NCBI GenBank assembly: GCA_002269645.1
Contig: NIVC01000655.1
Span: 248,001 to 312,000 of the forward strand
From: Macrostomum lignano
Lineage: Eukaryota
Length of the DNA stretch: 64,000 nt
Direction of reading: 5' to 3'
The notes under the pieces are model-generated. The model had not been told where the DNA came from and ran no database searches. It was given only the letters and a program-made list of their open reading frames with translations. A program made the translations under genes and the position numbers. Each line of letters opens with the position of its first letter. Within the stretch, counting starts at the first letter, position 1. Shown in pieces: positions 39,475 through 64,000 of this stretch.

Positions 39475-39829
39475 GAGGAGCCGCTGAGCCCCGAAAAAAC
39501 GGATCTCGAAAGCCTGAAATTCGAGTAGAAGACGGCCGATTTGGCTCCCAGTTTGCCAAAGCAAATTCACAGTATTTCCGCACTGCTAGAGCTGAAAGTT
39601 GACGCCGAACCGCGAAGTTTTTGTCTCCCTACAGAATTCTTCTCAGCGCAGGTCGTATGAGGTTGGAAGTAAGGAAATAAATAATCGTAATTTTTAACTA
39701 ATATGTAGTAATGTTTTAATGGAAGGATGTGATTTTATAGTTGCTGTACAAAATATTTCGACAGATTTAGTACTGTAGACGTGAAGATACTATTGACAAT
39801 TTACAGTATATTGTAGATCAATAGATAAA

Positions 39830-40110
39830 AAACGGTAGATCTATAGACATTAAACTGTAGATCTATAGGCTTTAAAGGGTAGATCTATAGACTTTAAACG
39901 GTAGATCTATAGACATTAAACGGTAGATCTATAGACATTAAACGGTAGATCTATAGACATTAAACGGTAGATCTATAGACATTAAACGGTAGATCTATAG
40001 ACATTAAACGGTAGATCTATAGACATTAAACGGTAGATTATAGACATTGAACTGTAGATCTATAGACATTAAACTGTAGATCTATAGACTTTAAACGGTA
40101 AATCTATAGA
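39830..40110. repeat. 22-bp minisatellite (AGACATTAAACGGTAGATCTAT)n, probable 5'-UTR intron of PPP1R16
   Basis: About 12 units; acceptor CCGCAG|ATCTATG at 40231. Confidence 0.92.
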
Positions 40111-40235
40111 CACAATTCTGTGAATTTATATCAACCATCTATAGACATCTTTCAGTTAGACATAATTTTTATATTGATTGCAGATTATCGTAGACAATCT
40201 ATAGATCAGGTCTCTAGACACAAGGCCGCAGATCT

Positions 40236-53521
<13,286 letters not shown>

Positions 53522-54099
53522 TCTATGGCCCTGCTTTGCACCTGTGCACTCTCTGGCTTAAGGGGATTCGCAGGCTCCACATTCGACTTTTAGTTTCGAG
53601 CTTTTGCAGTTTTGAAGTCGTTCAGTTTTGAAGTCGTGCAGTTTTGTTGTCGTGTTGCTTTGAGCCAGTGATCCAGTTGCATGAGCTCCATCTAGAGTCA
53701 GCAAACAAATTTCTATCTGTAATGTTGGATATTATTTTGTCTGGTTTATTTTTTCTATGTCGCTAAATAAAGGAAACCATAGGACTAACAAAAATATCAA
53801 AATGTAACGCTTCGAGTTCGAAAAGTGCTGAGCCTTGAATTTGTTGCCAGGCCAGATAAAGAACTGCACTATTTAAACGGGTCATCTGCATGCTGTGTGT
53901 ACTCCGCAATAGGACATTGGTGGCTATCTATATGGCAACCTTGGCTGCCAGGGTTCAAATCGGGACACGACCTTTCCGCGTGTATTTTTATGCATGTCAC
54001 TTCTGAATCGGCTTTCTTCAAGCACGAGTTTCTGAGCAAGGCGCTCAATGGGGGTTGAGACGCTTGAAGGACTCAGTGACTTTTAAAGGTGATATTCCA

Positions 54100-54710
54100 C
54101 CCTGTCTAACAGGTGCCACCCTACCCTGTCTAACAGATGCCACCCTACCCTGTCTAACAGATGCCACCCTACCCTGTCTAACAGATGCCACCCTACCCTG
54201 TCTAACAGATGCCACCCTACCCTGTCTAACAGGTGCCACCCTACCCTGTCTAACAGATGCCACCCTACCCTGTCTAACAGATGCCACCCTACCCTGTCTA
54301 ACAGGTGCCACCCTACCCTGTCTAACAGGTGTCACCCTACCCTGTCTAACAGGTGCCACCCTACCCTGTCTAACAGGTGCCACTCTACCCTAACAGGTGC
54401 CACCTTACCCTGTCTAACAGGTGCCACCCTACCCTGTCTAACAGGTGCCACCCTACCCTGTCTAACAGGTGCCACCCTACCCTGTCTAACAGGTGCCACC
54501 CGACCCTGTCTAACAGGTGCCACCCTACCCTGTCTAACAGGTGTCAACCCTACCTTGTCTAACAGGTTCCACCTTACCCTGTCTAACAGTTGCCAACCTA
54601 CCCTGTCTAACAGGTGCCACTCTACCCTGTCTAACAGATGCCAACCTACCCTGTCTAACAGGTGCCACCCTACCCTGTCTAACAGGTGCCACCCTACCCT
54701 GTCTAACAAC
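54100..54710. repeat. 24-bp minisatellite (CCACCCTACCCTGTCTAACAG[G/A]TG)n, intergenic
   Basis: About 25 units. Confidence 0.96.
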
Positions 54711-55135
54711 TGTACATAACATAATCTGAACAAAAAATTAGAAACACAATATCTGTTTCCAGAAAGGTGACCACCTTTAAATAAGTTGACTTGAGAGACC
54801 AATAATCCTGTTTGCTCATATTAAATGTTAATGTCATTGGGGCCTGCCAGTAATGCACTAAAATAGCTCTGCAATCAAATATCAGATGGCTTTTAAAAAA
54901 TGCCTAAAAACACTGCAGCATACAAAACGGAATAGCCCCACTTCAGGGCGAAAGCTTTTGCTTTTGTGCATGAGCTGTGGTTTATCAAGCGGATCTTATC
55001 TCGGCCTTCTGAGCTGGCAGCGGCTTTTTGCACCAGCCTATGTGGCGAAAGCAATTTAAAACTTGCTTCAAAAAAGCAGCAAAGAAGCCCCGGGAAAAAA
55101 GCGATATAGCAAGAGCCGATTAATTTATTTTTATA

Positions 55136-58100
55136 ATGGCTACCAATAGTTCAATTTCACAGCAACTGACCATCGTGTGTCTGTTGTTGGCCAGTTCTGT
55201 GGCTGCCAGACCAACCGGCACAGGTCACAGAATGGTATTAGACCGAAGTATTCGATTGCTATTCGAATGCCCGTCTCAGCATGGCAACGAATTCGCTGTT
55301 CAGTACCTGCCCAAGGTGTGGCAGCGGGTGAACTCCAGCCTGGCAGAACTGAGTCACCAGATGGCTGCGTGCGACCAGACCTTCAACAGTTCGCCGAACA
55401 CCCCTGCCTGTCTGGCAGCGAGCGGTGGGCTTCTTAAAGGTATAGGATTGGGGCTGTTGCCGGGGCTATAGCTGTTCTGCGTGTGTTTGCGATCCATGTT
55501 CACCTCGCCCTCCGATAGAATCGCCCTCCCTTAGAATCGCCCTCCCTTAGAATCGCCCTCCATTAGAATCCTCCTCCATTAGAATCGCCCTCTATTAGAA
55601 TCGCCCTCTCCGAGAATCGCCCTCCATTAGAATCGCCCTCCATTAGAATCGCCCTTCATTAGAACCGCCCTCCCTTAGAATCGCCCTCCCTTAGAATCCC
55701 CCTCCATTAGAATCCCCTCCATTAGAATCGCCCTCCATTAGAATCACCCTCCATTAGAATCGCCCTCCATTAGAATCCCCCTCCATTAGAATCCCCCTCC
55801 ATTAGAATCGCCCTCCATTAAAATCGCCCTCCAATAGTACCCCCTCCATTAGAATCGCCCTCCATTAGAATCGCCCTCCCTTAGAATCGCCCTCCATTAG
55901 AATCGCCCTCCATTAGAATCGCCCTTCATTAGAATCGCCCTCCATAAGAATCGCCCTCCATTAGAATCCCCCTCCATTAGAATCGCCCTCCATTAGAATC
56001 CCCCTCCATAAGAATCGCCCTCCATTAGAATCCCCCTCCCTTAGAATCGCCCTCCATTAGAATCCCCCTCCCTTAGAATCGCCCTCCATTAGAATCGCCC
56101 TCCATTAGAATCCCCCTCCATTAGAATCGCCCTCCATTAAAATCGCCCTCCATTAGAATCGCCCTTCATTAGAATCGCCCTCCATTAGAATCCCCCTCCA
56201 TTAGAATCCCCCTCCATTAGAATCGCCCTCCATTAGAATCGCCATCCCTTAGAATCCCCCTCCATTAGAATCGTCCTCCATTAGAATCACCCTCCATTAG
56301 AATCGCCCTCCATTAGAATCGCCCTTCATTAGAACCGCCCTCCCTTAGAATCGCCCTCCATCAGAATCTCCCTCCATTAGAATCGCCCTTCATTAGAATC
56401 GCCCTCCATTAGAATCGCCCTCCATTAAAATCGCCCTCCATTAGAATCGCCCTTCATTAGAATCGCCCTCCATTAGAATCCCCCTCCATTAGAATCCCCC
56501 TCCATTAGAATCGCCCTCCATTAGAATCGCCATCCCTTAGAATCCCCCTCCATTAGAATCGTCCTCCATTAGAATCACCCTCCATTAGAATCGCCCTCCA
56601 TTAGAATCCCCCTCCATTAGAATCGCCCTCCATTAAAATCGCCCTCCAATAGTACCCCCTCCATTAGAATCGCCCTCCATTAGAATCGCCCTCCATTAGA
56701 ATCGCCCTCCCTTAGAATCCCCCTCCATTAGAATCAACTTCTTTTAGAATCACCCTCCCTTAGAATCGCCCTCACTTAGAACCCCCTCCATTAGAGTCGC
56801 CCTCCATTAGAACCCCCTCCATTCGAGTCGCCCTCCATTAGAACCCCCTCCATTAGAATCAGCCTCCATTAGAATCGCCCTCCCCTGGAATCGCCCTCTG
56901 CTAGAATTTCCCTCACCGAGAATCGCCTTCCTCAAGAATCGCCCTCCATTAGAATCGCCCTCTATTAGAATCGCCCTCTCCGAGAATCGCCCTCCATTAG
57001 AATCGCCCTCCATTAGAATCGCCCTCCATTAGAATCGTCCTCCATTAGAATCACCCTCTATTAGAATCCCCCTCCATTAGAATCCCCTCCATTAGAATCG
57101 CCCTCCATTAGAATCACCCTCCATTAGAATCGCCCTCCATTAGAATCCCCCTCCATTAGAATCCCCCTCCATTAGAATCGCCCTCCATTAAAATCGCCCT
57201 CCAATAGTACCCCCTCCATTAGAATCGCCCTCCATTAGAATCGCCCTCCCTTAGAATCGCCCTCCATTAGAATCGCCCTCCATTAGAATCGCCCTTCATT
57301 AGAATCGCCCTCCATAAGAATCGCCCTCCATTAGAATCCCCCTCCATTAGAATCGCCCTCCATTAGAATCCCCCTCCATAAGAATCGCCCTCCATTAGAA
57401 TCCCCCTCCCTTAGAATCGCCCTCCATTAGAATCCCCCTCCCTTAGAATCGCCCTCCATTAGAATCGCCCTCCATTAGAATCCCCCTCCATTAGAATCGC
57501 CCTCCATTAGAATCGCCCTCCCTTAGAATCCCCCTCCTTAGAATCGCCCTCCATTAGAATCACCCTCTATTAGAATCGCCCTCCCCAAGAATCGCCCCAC
57601 CCGAGAACCTCTCTTTCCGAGAATCGCCCTCCCCTTAGAATAGCTCCTAGATTCCCTAAAGCTCTACAAATACTTTAGCATCAAAAGAGAATGCCATTAA
57701 TTCTAGAATCGCAATATTCTGAACGCGTTTTTTTCAGACAGCGAATCCACCACCGAGGCCTCAGTTTACCTCGTCCGACTGGACCTGCTCACGCCAGCCG
57801 GTGAGCTGGCCGACCCGGCCAACAGGGCGGCATTCCAACAAGAAGCTGCCAGACTTCGAACCGGCATCAACAGTCTGCCAGGCTTAGGCGATTGCGCCAA
57901 GTTCAACGCTACATTCTGGGCCAGAGGGGACTGTATCATCGATGGCAACGGGAGCTGTCCCTCGCCCGGCGATAATTCTCCAGCTTCAAGTCGCGGAAGC
58001 GAGATGGCAGCCATCGCATCCGCTGTTGTTTCTGTAGCCTTCGTCGCCTTCACGGCGCTTGCGGCTGTTGTTCTGGTCAAGCGGCAACGGGTGAAGGAGC

Positions 58101-59973
58101 AGCAACGGCAGCAGCAGCAGCAAGAGTGCACATCTGATGGGTGAGAACGGTCTGAACGAATGTTAAAGTGCAAAAATTAAGGTGACGAGAAAAAAGATAA
58201 GATGAGGGTAGAAATGTTTTAGAATGGGGGTGTGGAAAGCTACGGCGTGAGGTGGGTGCTGGGAGGGGTAGAAATAGTTTAGAATGGGGGTGTGGAAAGC
58301 TACGGCGTGAGGTGGGTGCTGGGAGGGGTAGAAATAGTTTAGAATGGGTTGTGGAAAGCTACGGCGTGAGGTGGGTGCTGGGAGGGGTAGAAATAGTTTA
58401 GAATGGGGGTGTGGAAAGCTACGGCGTGAGGTGGGTGCTGGGAGGGGTAGAAATAGTTTAGAATGGGTTGTGGAAAGCTACGGCGTGAGGTGGGTGCTGG
58501 GAGGGGTAGAAATAGTTTAGAATGGGGGTGTGGAAAGCTACGGCGTGAGGTGGGTGCTGGGAGGGGTAGAAATAGTTTAGAATGGGTTGTGGAAAGCTAC
58601 GGCGTGAGGTGGGTGCTGGGAGGGGTAGAAATAGTTTAGAATGGGGGTGTGGAAAGCTACGGCGTGAGGTGGGTGCTGGGAGGGGTAGAAATAGTATAGA
58701 ATGAGGGTGTGGAAAGCTACGGCGTGAGGTGGGTGCTGGGAGGGGTAGAAATAGTATAGAATGAGGGTGTAGAAAGCTACGGCGTGAGGTGGGTGCCGGG
58801 AGGAGTAGAAAGGTTCCAAAAGAGGAGTTAGGATTATTGCAGTTAGGAGGGAGTCTAGAGTCCGCTAAAGCAACAAAGATAAACAAACTAATTGTACTCA
58901 TCACTCGTCGCATATTGGGCAGAGCCACATCTTGTGAGCCTCAGGTCCAACTGCGCAGGGACCAACAGCAGCAACAGCAGCAGCCTAAGTCTGAGACGAC
59001 TGTCGAGCTGGAGCTTCAGCCGATGCAAGCACATACGGCTGCCAGCTGGATTGTCCGCCCGCCGCTGCCTGCGGGACCGCGGCTATCCAGCATGGGATGG
59101 CTGAATCTCGCCTACAATCCCGACTTCGATGATAGCGACTTCACAGCGATGAAAGGCGACGACGAAGCTAACGGTGCGCTGCCGTCGCGGGTGACGCGAT
59201 TTCGCGCGGTAGGCGACGTCGACGAGGCCGAAGCTCGCCGACAGTTTAGTCGGCTCGGATCGCCAGCTGGTGGCAGCGATGCGGCGTCAGCAGCGACAGC
59301 GGCGGCATTCTACTGGGTCGGTGACGCCTCCAGCCAGCCTGGACAGACCGGGCTCTCTTTCGTGCTGGCGGACGCCTCCGGCCACGGCGACAACGATAAC
59401 GAACGCTTCCTGGAGTTGCTCTGGGCTTGCGGCGGCGCCGCCATGTCGCTGGACCCGGGCTTTGTCGGCTGGCTGGAAAGTCGATCGACAACTTCGACAT
59501 CATCGTCCAGGTTCTACTTGACCGGCTGGGCGCGCAGCAGCTTCCCCTGCCACTCGGTGACCACGGCCACCATGCACTGCTTGGACAGCAACCTGAGCAA
59601 GCGCATCCGAGTGTGCCAGCTGGCCGGCGGCTTGAGCCGCAGCCCGGACAGTTCGCCAGCTTCCCCGGCCGAGTTTGTCCGGTTTGCGCACGCCTGCACC
59701 GCCAACCAGCCGACGACATCGGCGACGCCAACGGCCGCGATCGGGCGGGGACTCTCGGAGGCGAGCTTGCTGCCGCTGCTGCTGCTGGCAGCAAAGCGGA
59801 CTCGACTAACGGACGCCGGAGGCGGAGGCGGAGTGGCGTCCTGCGACCTGCTCAGATTGGCGGCCGGACTCAGGCGGCAGTGCCCGCTGGCTGTGGCCAA
59901 CGAGGCGCACTACCTGTTCGTGATGCGCTGCCTGCACGCCTACGCTTGCCTGTTGAAGAGAAATTCTATTTGA
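55136..59973 (+). CDS. Type I membrane protein with degenerate tyrosine-phosphatase-like cytoplasmic domain (putative receptor pseudophosphatase); exons 55136-55424, 57738-58140, 58923-59973 (580 aa)
   Basis: Signal peptide (LTIVCLLLASSVAA), Cys-containing ectodomain, TM helix MAAIASAVVSVAFVAFTALAAVVLV followed by KRQR. Splices GTGGGC / TTTTCAG and GTGAGA / GGGCAG are phase-consistent (1743 nt). C-terminus DLLRLAAGLRRQCPLAVANEAHYLFVMRCLHAY resembles the PTP Q-loop region. Gene structure is more secure than the family call. Confidence 0.72.
55512..57640. repeat. 16-bp minisatellite (ATTAGAATCGCCCTCC)n, intron 1 of the PTP-like gene
   Basis: About 130 units with block duplications (marker CCAATAGTAC at 55831, 56647, 57201). 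Confidence 0.97.
58205..58815. repeat. 59/60-bp minisatellite (TGTGGAAAGCTACGGCGTGAGGTGGGTGCTGGGAGGGGTAGAAATAGTTTAGAATGGGGG)n, intron 2
   Basis: About 10 units. Confidence 0.96.
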
Positions 59974-61075
59974 CGATTAATACAGACAGTGTACGTGAAT
60001 GTACGATGCACGTAGAAGTCTTACGAGCGTACTGCCAGTATTAAGTCATCGCTCTCCGTGTACCTGTTTAAACTTCACTATTTTCGGGTAGGATGATGCT
60101 TTTCAGCAGATGTCATTGGGTTATTTTCATAAAATAGCTAGTGCACTTACGTCCCGTGGTTATTTCATAAATAAAAATTTGTGTCATTAGTTTGTTTCTA
60201 TATATAGCAACTTACGTCACTAGGTTGTTTCTATATATAGCAACTTACGTGACTATAAAATTGTTTCTATAAATAGATCATAGCTGGTGGAGCGAAAGAA
60301 AGACCTGAAAAGTACCTTCCACACAAAGTAACAAACCCATAAAATAACTTATTTTTTAACAATTTTATCACTCCATTATACGTATGAGTGCATCCCATTC
60401 TTTCCATCAGTGTGAATATGTTCTTCTACTTTATGATTACCTACCTGAGTTGCAAGCAAAAAAATAGTAAATCACAGCTCTGAACTTTTCTGAATTTTGC
60501 TGCTTACTTTATATTGATTCGTACTGGCAATTTCATTGTTTTAATAACACGTGGAAACTCGTGAATAAAGTGAATAAACAATTCATTAATAAATCCATTT
60601 ATCATATTTTTCATACCAAAATCTTATTTATGCTGTACTTGCAAACAATCTTCATCAAAGCCAAAAGTAAATTCTGTTCTTGGACCAGCATGTATTTAAT
60701 TAATAGGCAATAATTAAATATAGGGTCTCACAGTTTATGGACAAACAATAGTAATTATATATTAGCTTGTAAAGTTAAATAAGTTAATAGAAGTAGGGCA
60801 CGATAAAAGGACAAGGCAGGACAAAACTTTAATAGCTTTTTAGATTACATGCACGATAAATGTACAGTAATGTTAATAAATCCTTTCTAACATTCTCCTT
60901 AACTTCCCGACTCTGAAATAGTTGATTTTTTGCTAAAAATTTCAAGTTAAAATTGAAGCATACATGTGAAAAATAATGTTTTTAACATGTAATTAACGAA
61001 ATATAATAGTATTATAAAACATTTACTTTTTTACTCTTTTCGTCATTTTGTTAAAACTCAGTTAAGTGTTGAAAT

Positions 61076-63878
61076 TCAGCAGCAGCCCTCGGTGTTGGAG
61101 GCCGCATCTTCAGCCGCGGCCCGGGCCCAAACCTTGCGGAACTCGTCAATGCCCAGCCGGTCAGCGCCCGCCAAATCGAATGCTCGACGAACTAGACTGT
61201 CGTCCAGGCTGATGCCGGCCGCCGAGAAGATGCCAGATATCTGCGAGGTGGTTGCGCGGAAACAGAGGCAGAAATTGAAACTGAATGCTTAGCAGGTGTC
61301 TTCAAAGCTTCAAAGTTTCTCACATTGCGAGCAAATTTCGAATTTGAAGTTAGTTTTGAAATCCTAAACTATTACTCTTAAGAGTAAAGAGTAAGGCTTT
61401 TCTATTCTCTCCTCTCTATTCTCTCGTGTCTCCCTCTCCTGTCTCTTGTCTCCTGTCTTCTCTCTCTCTTCTCTCATCTCTTCTCTCTCTTCTCTCCTAT
61501 CTCCTGTCTCATGTCGCTTCTCTCCTGTCTCTTCTCTCCTCTCTCCTGTCTCTTCTCTCCTCTCTCCTGTCTCTTCTCTCATGTCTCTTCTCTCCTGTCT
61601 CTTCTCTCTTCTCTCCTCTCTCTTCTCTCCTCTCTGTTCTCTCCTCTCTCCTGTCTCTTCTCTCTTCTCTCCCCTCTCCTGTCTCTTCTCTCTTCTCTCC
61701 TCTCTTCTCTCCTCTCTTCTCTCCTCTTCTCCTGTCTCTTCTCTCGTTTCTCTTCTTTCCTGTCTCTTCTCTCTTCTCTCCTCTCTCCTGTCTCTTCTCT
61801 TCTCTCTCCTGTCTCTTCTCTCCTCTCTCCTGTCTCTTCTCTTCTCTCTCCTGTCTCTTCTCTCCTGTCTCTTCTCTCCTCTCTCCTCTCTCTTCTCTCT
61901 TCTCTCCTGTCTCTTCTCTCATGTCTTCTCTCTCTTCTCCATTCTCTTTTCTCTCTCCTGTCTTTTCTGTCTCCACTCTCTTCTCTCCTTTCTCTTCCAT
62001 CCAACCCCCATCCAATTCCGCCCAATCAGGGAAACGCAATCGCTAAAACGGACCTCCTCCGCCGATCTAGGCGCTTTGAGATCGTGCTCAAACACGCCGT
62101 GCGACGTGAAGATGCTCGGATTGAGGCAGGAGGCCGCGTCGCCCTCGTTGCCGTAGGCCCTCCGATCCGACACGCTGCGCACGGCCGGGGCCGGTAGGTC
62201 GGAGCGGATGGTGGCGCAGCCGTAGGTTCGAAACCTGGTTGGATCGTAGCGGCCAACAGCGGCCGAGTACATGCTGTTGGTAGTCTTGTGAGCCGAGATC
62301 GACTCGTCGATTTGGCGAGCGAGCCGCGCCTCGCTGTCTAGAGTTCGCTTGCCGTAGTCCGACTGGGAGCGGACGCCTGAGTAGGTCAAGGTTTGGGTGT
62401 GGGTCAGTAGTGGGTCAAAAATTAGAATACTAAAATTATATCTCCGCGACTCATTGACCCAATATTACCTAACAGGCTAATGTGTCTACGTGTCTGTGTG
62501 TCAATCATTTTGTTCTGAGAGGTTTATTACTCTTAGTGACAATTGCAGCTAAAGTAGAGTGTACAATGCACAGCAATTCGAAGAGGCCTGGGATTCTCTT
62601 GACGGGAAATTAGTTTCCTCTTGTCAAAAGGCAACACGAAATGCTACACTCAATAATTCTAAGGCATTGCTGCATTGACACCGAGCTGATTACTTCCGCA
62701 GTTGTCTGTTCTCTTTTTGAGCTTATTTGCTATGCAATTTGCGTCGATTCAAACAAAATAGAATCTGATCAGTGTTCTTAACGGGCAAATCTAGCCCTAT
62801 AAGTCTAATCTAGCTGTACCAGGACGAGATCTAATCTATTCATAGTAATTAGCAGAAACGAATGAGGAACGTACTGTTTCAAGATATTGAAACATGCACA
62901 TTCTAATGCGAAAATTAAAGTCTTATTTTACAATAAGACTGCTTCTACTTTACTGATAGTAACCAACTTGGAGCATTGAATTAGAAAATTACTTATTGCT
63001 GAGCTCGTGATAAAGATGCCGAGTTTACACTTCTAATTGGGCTGGCACTGATTTTACGCGTTTAAATGATGGAATCTCTCTCTTGGATGCTTCTTCAGAG
63101 GGGTAGAAGAGCTAGTCTTTTTATACTGAAATCACCACTCCAATGGGGGGTTGGCTATACTTAAATCACCCATCTAATGGGGGGGGGTTGGCTAGTCTTT
63201 ATATACTAACATCACCACCCTAATGGAGGTTGGCTAATCTTTCTGTACTAAAATCACCACTTCAATGGGGGGTTGGCTAGTCTTCTATACTAAAATCACC
63301 ACTCCAATTAAGGACGGGGGGCTAGTCAAATTCCATACCAAAGAAATCAACGATTGCAATTAATATATACTAGCTCAAGACCTGCATGTTGTTTATTCGA
63401 AAATTCCCATTTCTTTCTTTGTTGCCTCGGCCTCAACCGGGGCGCAGATTGCTAGCCTTTCCATACTAAAACCTCATCATACTCACTAATATCTCTCCAG
63501 TTGAGGAAGTTGGCAAACTCCTGATAGTCGATTAGCCCATCGCCGTTGACGTCGCAGAAGTCGATAAGTTGTTCGAGCAGCGAGTCGTCCAGCGGAACGC
63601 TCATCTCTCGGCAGGCGGCGCGAATGTCGTCAGCGCTCAACTTGCCGGAGCCGGACTTGTCATAGAATCGGAACGCGTCTTCAAGATCTTTGAAGCGCTC
63701 GTAGTTCATAGTTTTCAGTTGGGTGCGCAGCGCGGCGACCAGAGCACGGCGCCGGTCCTCGCCGCGAAGGAAATGCTTGGGCGCCCGACCGTGCAACAGG
63801 TCGCCGACTCCGTAGGGATCGGGCTTGTGCAGGACGCCGAAAGTGTGGTCCGGCGGCACCTTCATCGTGTCCTTGATG
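61076..63878 (-). CDS. EFHB: EF-hand domain-containing family member B (CFAP21), 3' part; exons 63878-63487, 62376-62054, 61240-61076; 5' exons lie beyond the window
   Basis: VPPDHTFG...YGVGDLLH; EF-hands AFRFYDKSGSGKLSADDI and FCDVNGDGLIDYQEFANFLNW; TYGCATIRSDLPAPAVRSVSDRRAYGNE...CLNPS; last exon ISGIFSAAGISLDD...IDEFRKV. Splice sites canonical and phase-consistent. Confidence 0.88.
61400..61995. repeat. Polypyrimidine degenerate repeat (TCTCTTCTCTCCTG)n, EFHB last intron
   Basis: Almost exclusively C/T on the + strand. Confidence 0.93.
63110..63325. repeat. Degenerate ~45-bp repeat (GGGGGTTGGCTAGTCTTTTATACTAAAATCACCACTCCAAT) x~5, EFHB intron
   Basis: Recurring GGGGTTGGCTA and AAATCACC motifs. 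Confidence 0.75.
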
Positions 63879-64000
63879 CTGCACATAGGGAAGTTAAGAG
63901 AAACGCAGGTAGAGTTCATTTTTGACGTACTTAGAGAACCATTTATTGTGGAATATTTTTGGGATAAATATATACACATTTATATGAATATATGCGATCA

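Overview
This is eukaryotic (metazoan) genomic DNA, not prokaryotic. GC-rich exons are separated by introns and spacers filled with locus-specific mini- and microsatellites. That style resembles a Macrostomum-like flatworm, but this is inference only. Six protein-coding genes can be reconstructed by hand with phase-consistent GT-AG splicing: (1) an intronless, architecturally unusual WASP (+, 1106-3364); (2) a canonical two-exon WASP facing it tail-to-tail (-, 12064-9587); (3) muscleblind/MBNL (-, 35622 to about 19682); (4) a PPP1R16/MYPT3-type PP1 regulatory subunit with RVxF, ankyrin repeats and a CaaX box (+, 40236-53521); (5) a single-pass receptor with a strongly degenerate, Cys-less PTP-like domain (+, 55136-59973); (6) the 3' part of EFHB (-, runs off the window). 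There are three non-autonomous DNA-transposon structures: a mariner-derived foldback, a 1.8-kb foldback-like composite with TTAGGG, and a hAT-type MITE with an 8-bp TSD. About 37 tandem arrays are present, and nearly all long ORFs in the supplied track outside these genes are repeat artefacts. The most interesting signal is two ~0.9-1 kb arrays of the same 18-bp unit in opposite orientation. They bracket exactly the two zinc-finger exons of muscleblind, predicting satellite-driven back-splicing (a circMbl-like RNA). One possible circle is 369 nt with no in-frame stop. No rRNA, tRNA or CRISPR array was seen. Array boundaries are approximate (about +/-20 nt). All homology calls come from motif recognition, not database searches.
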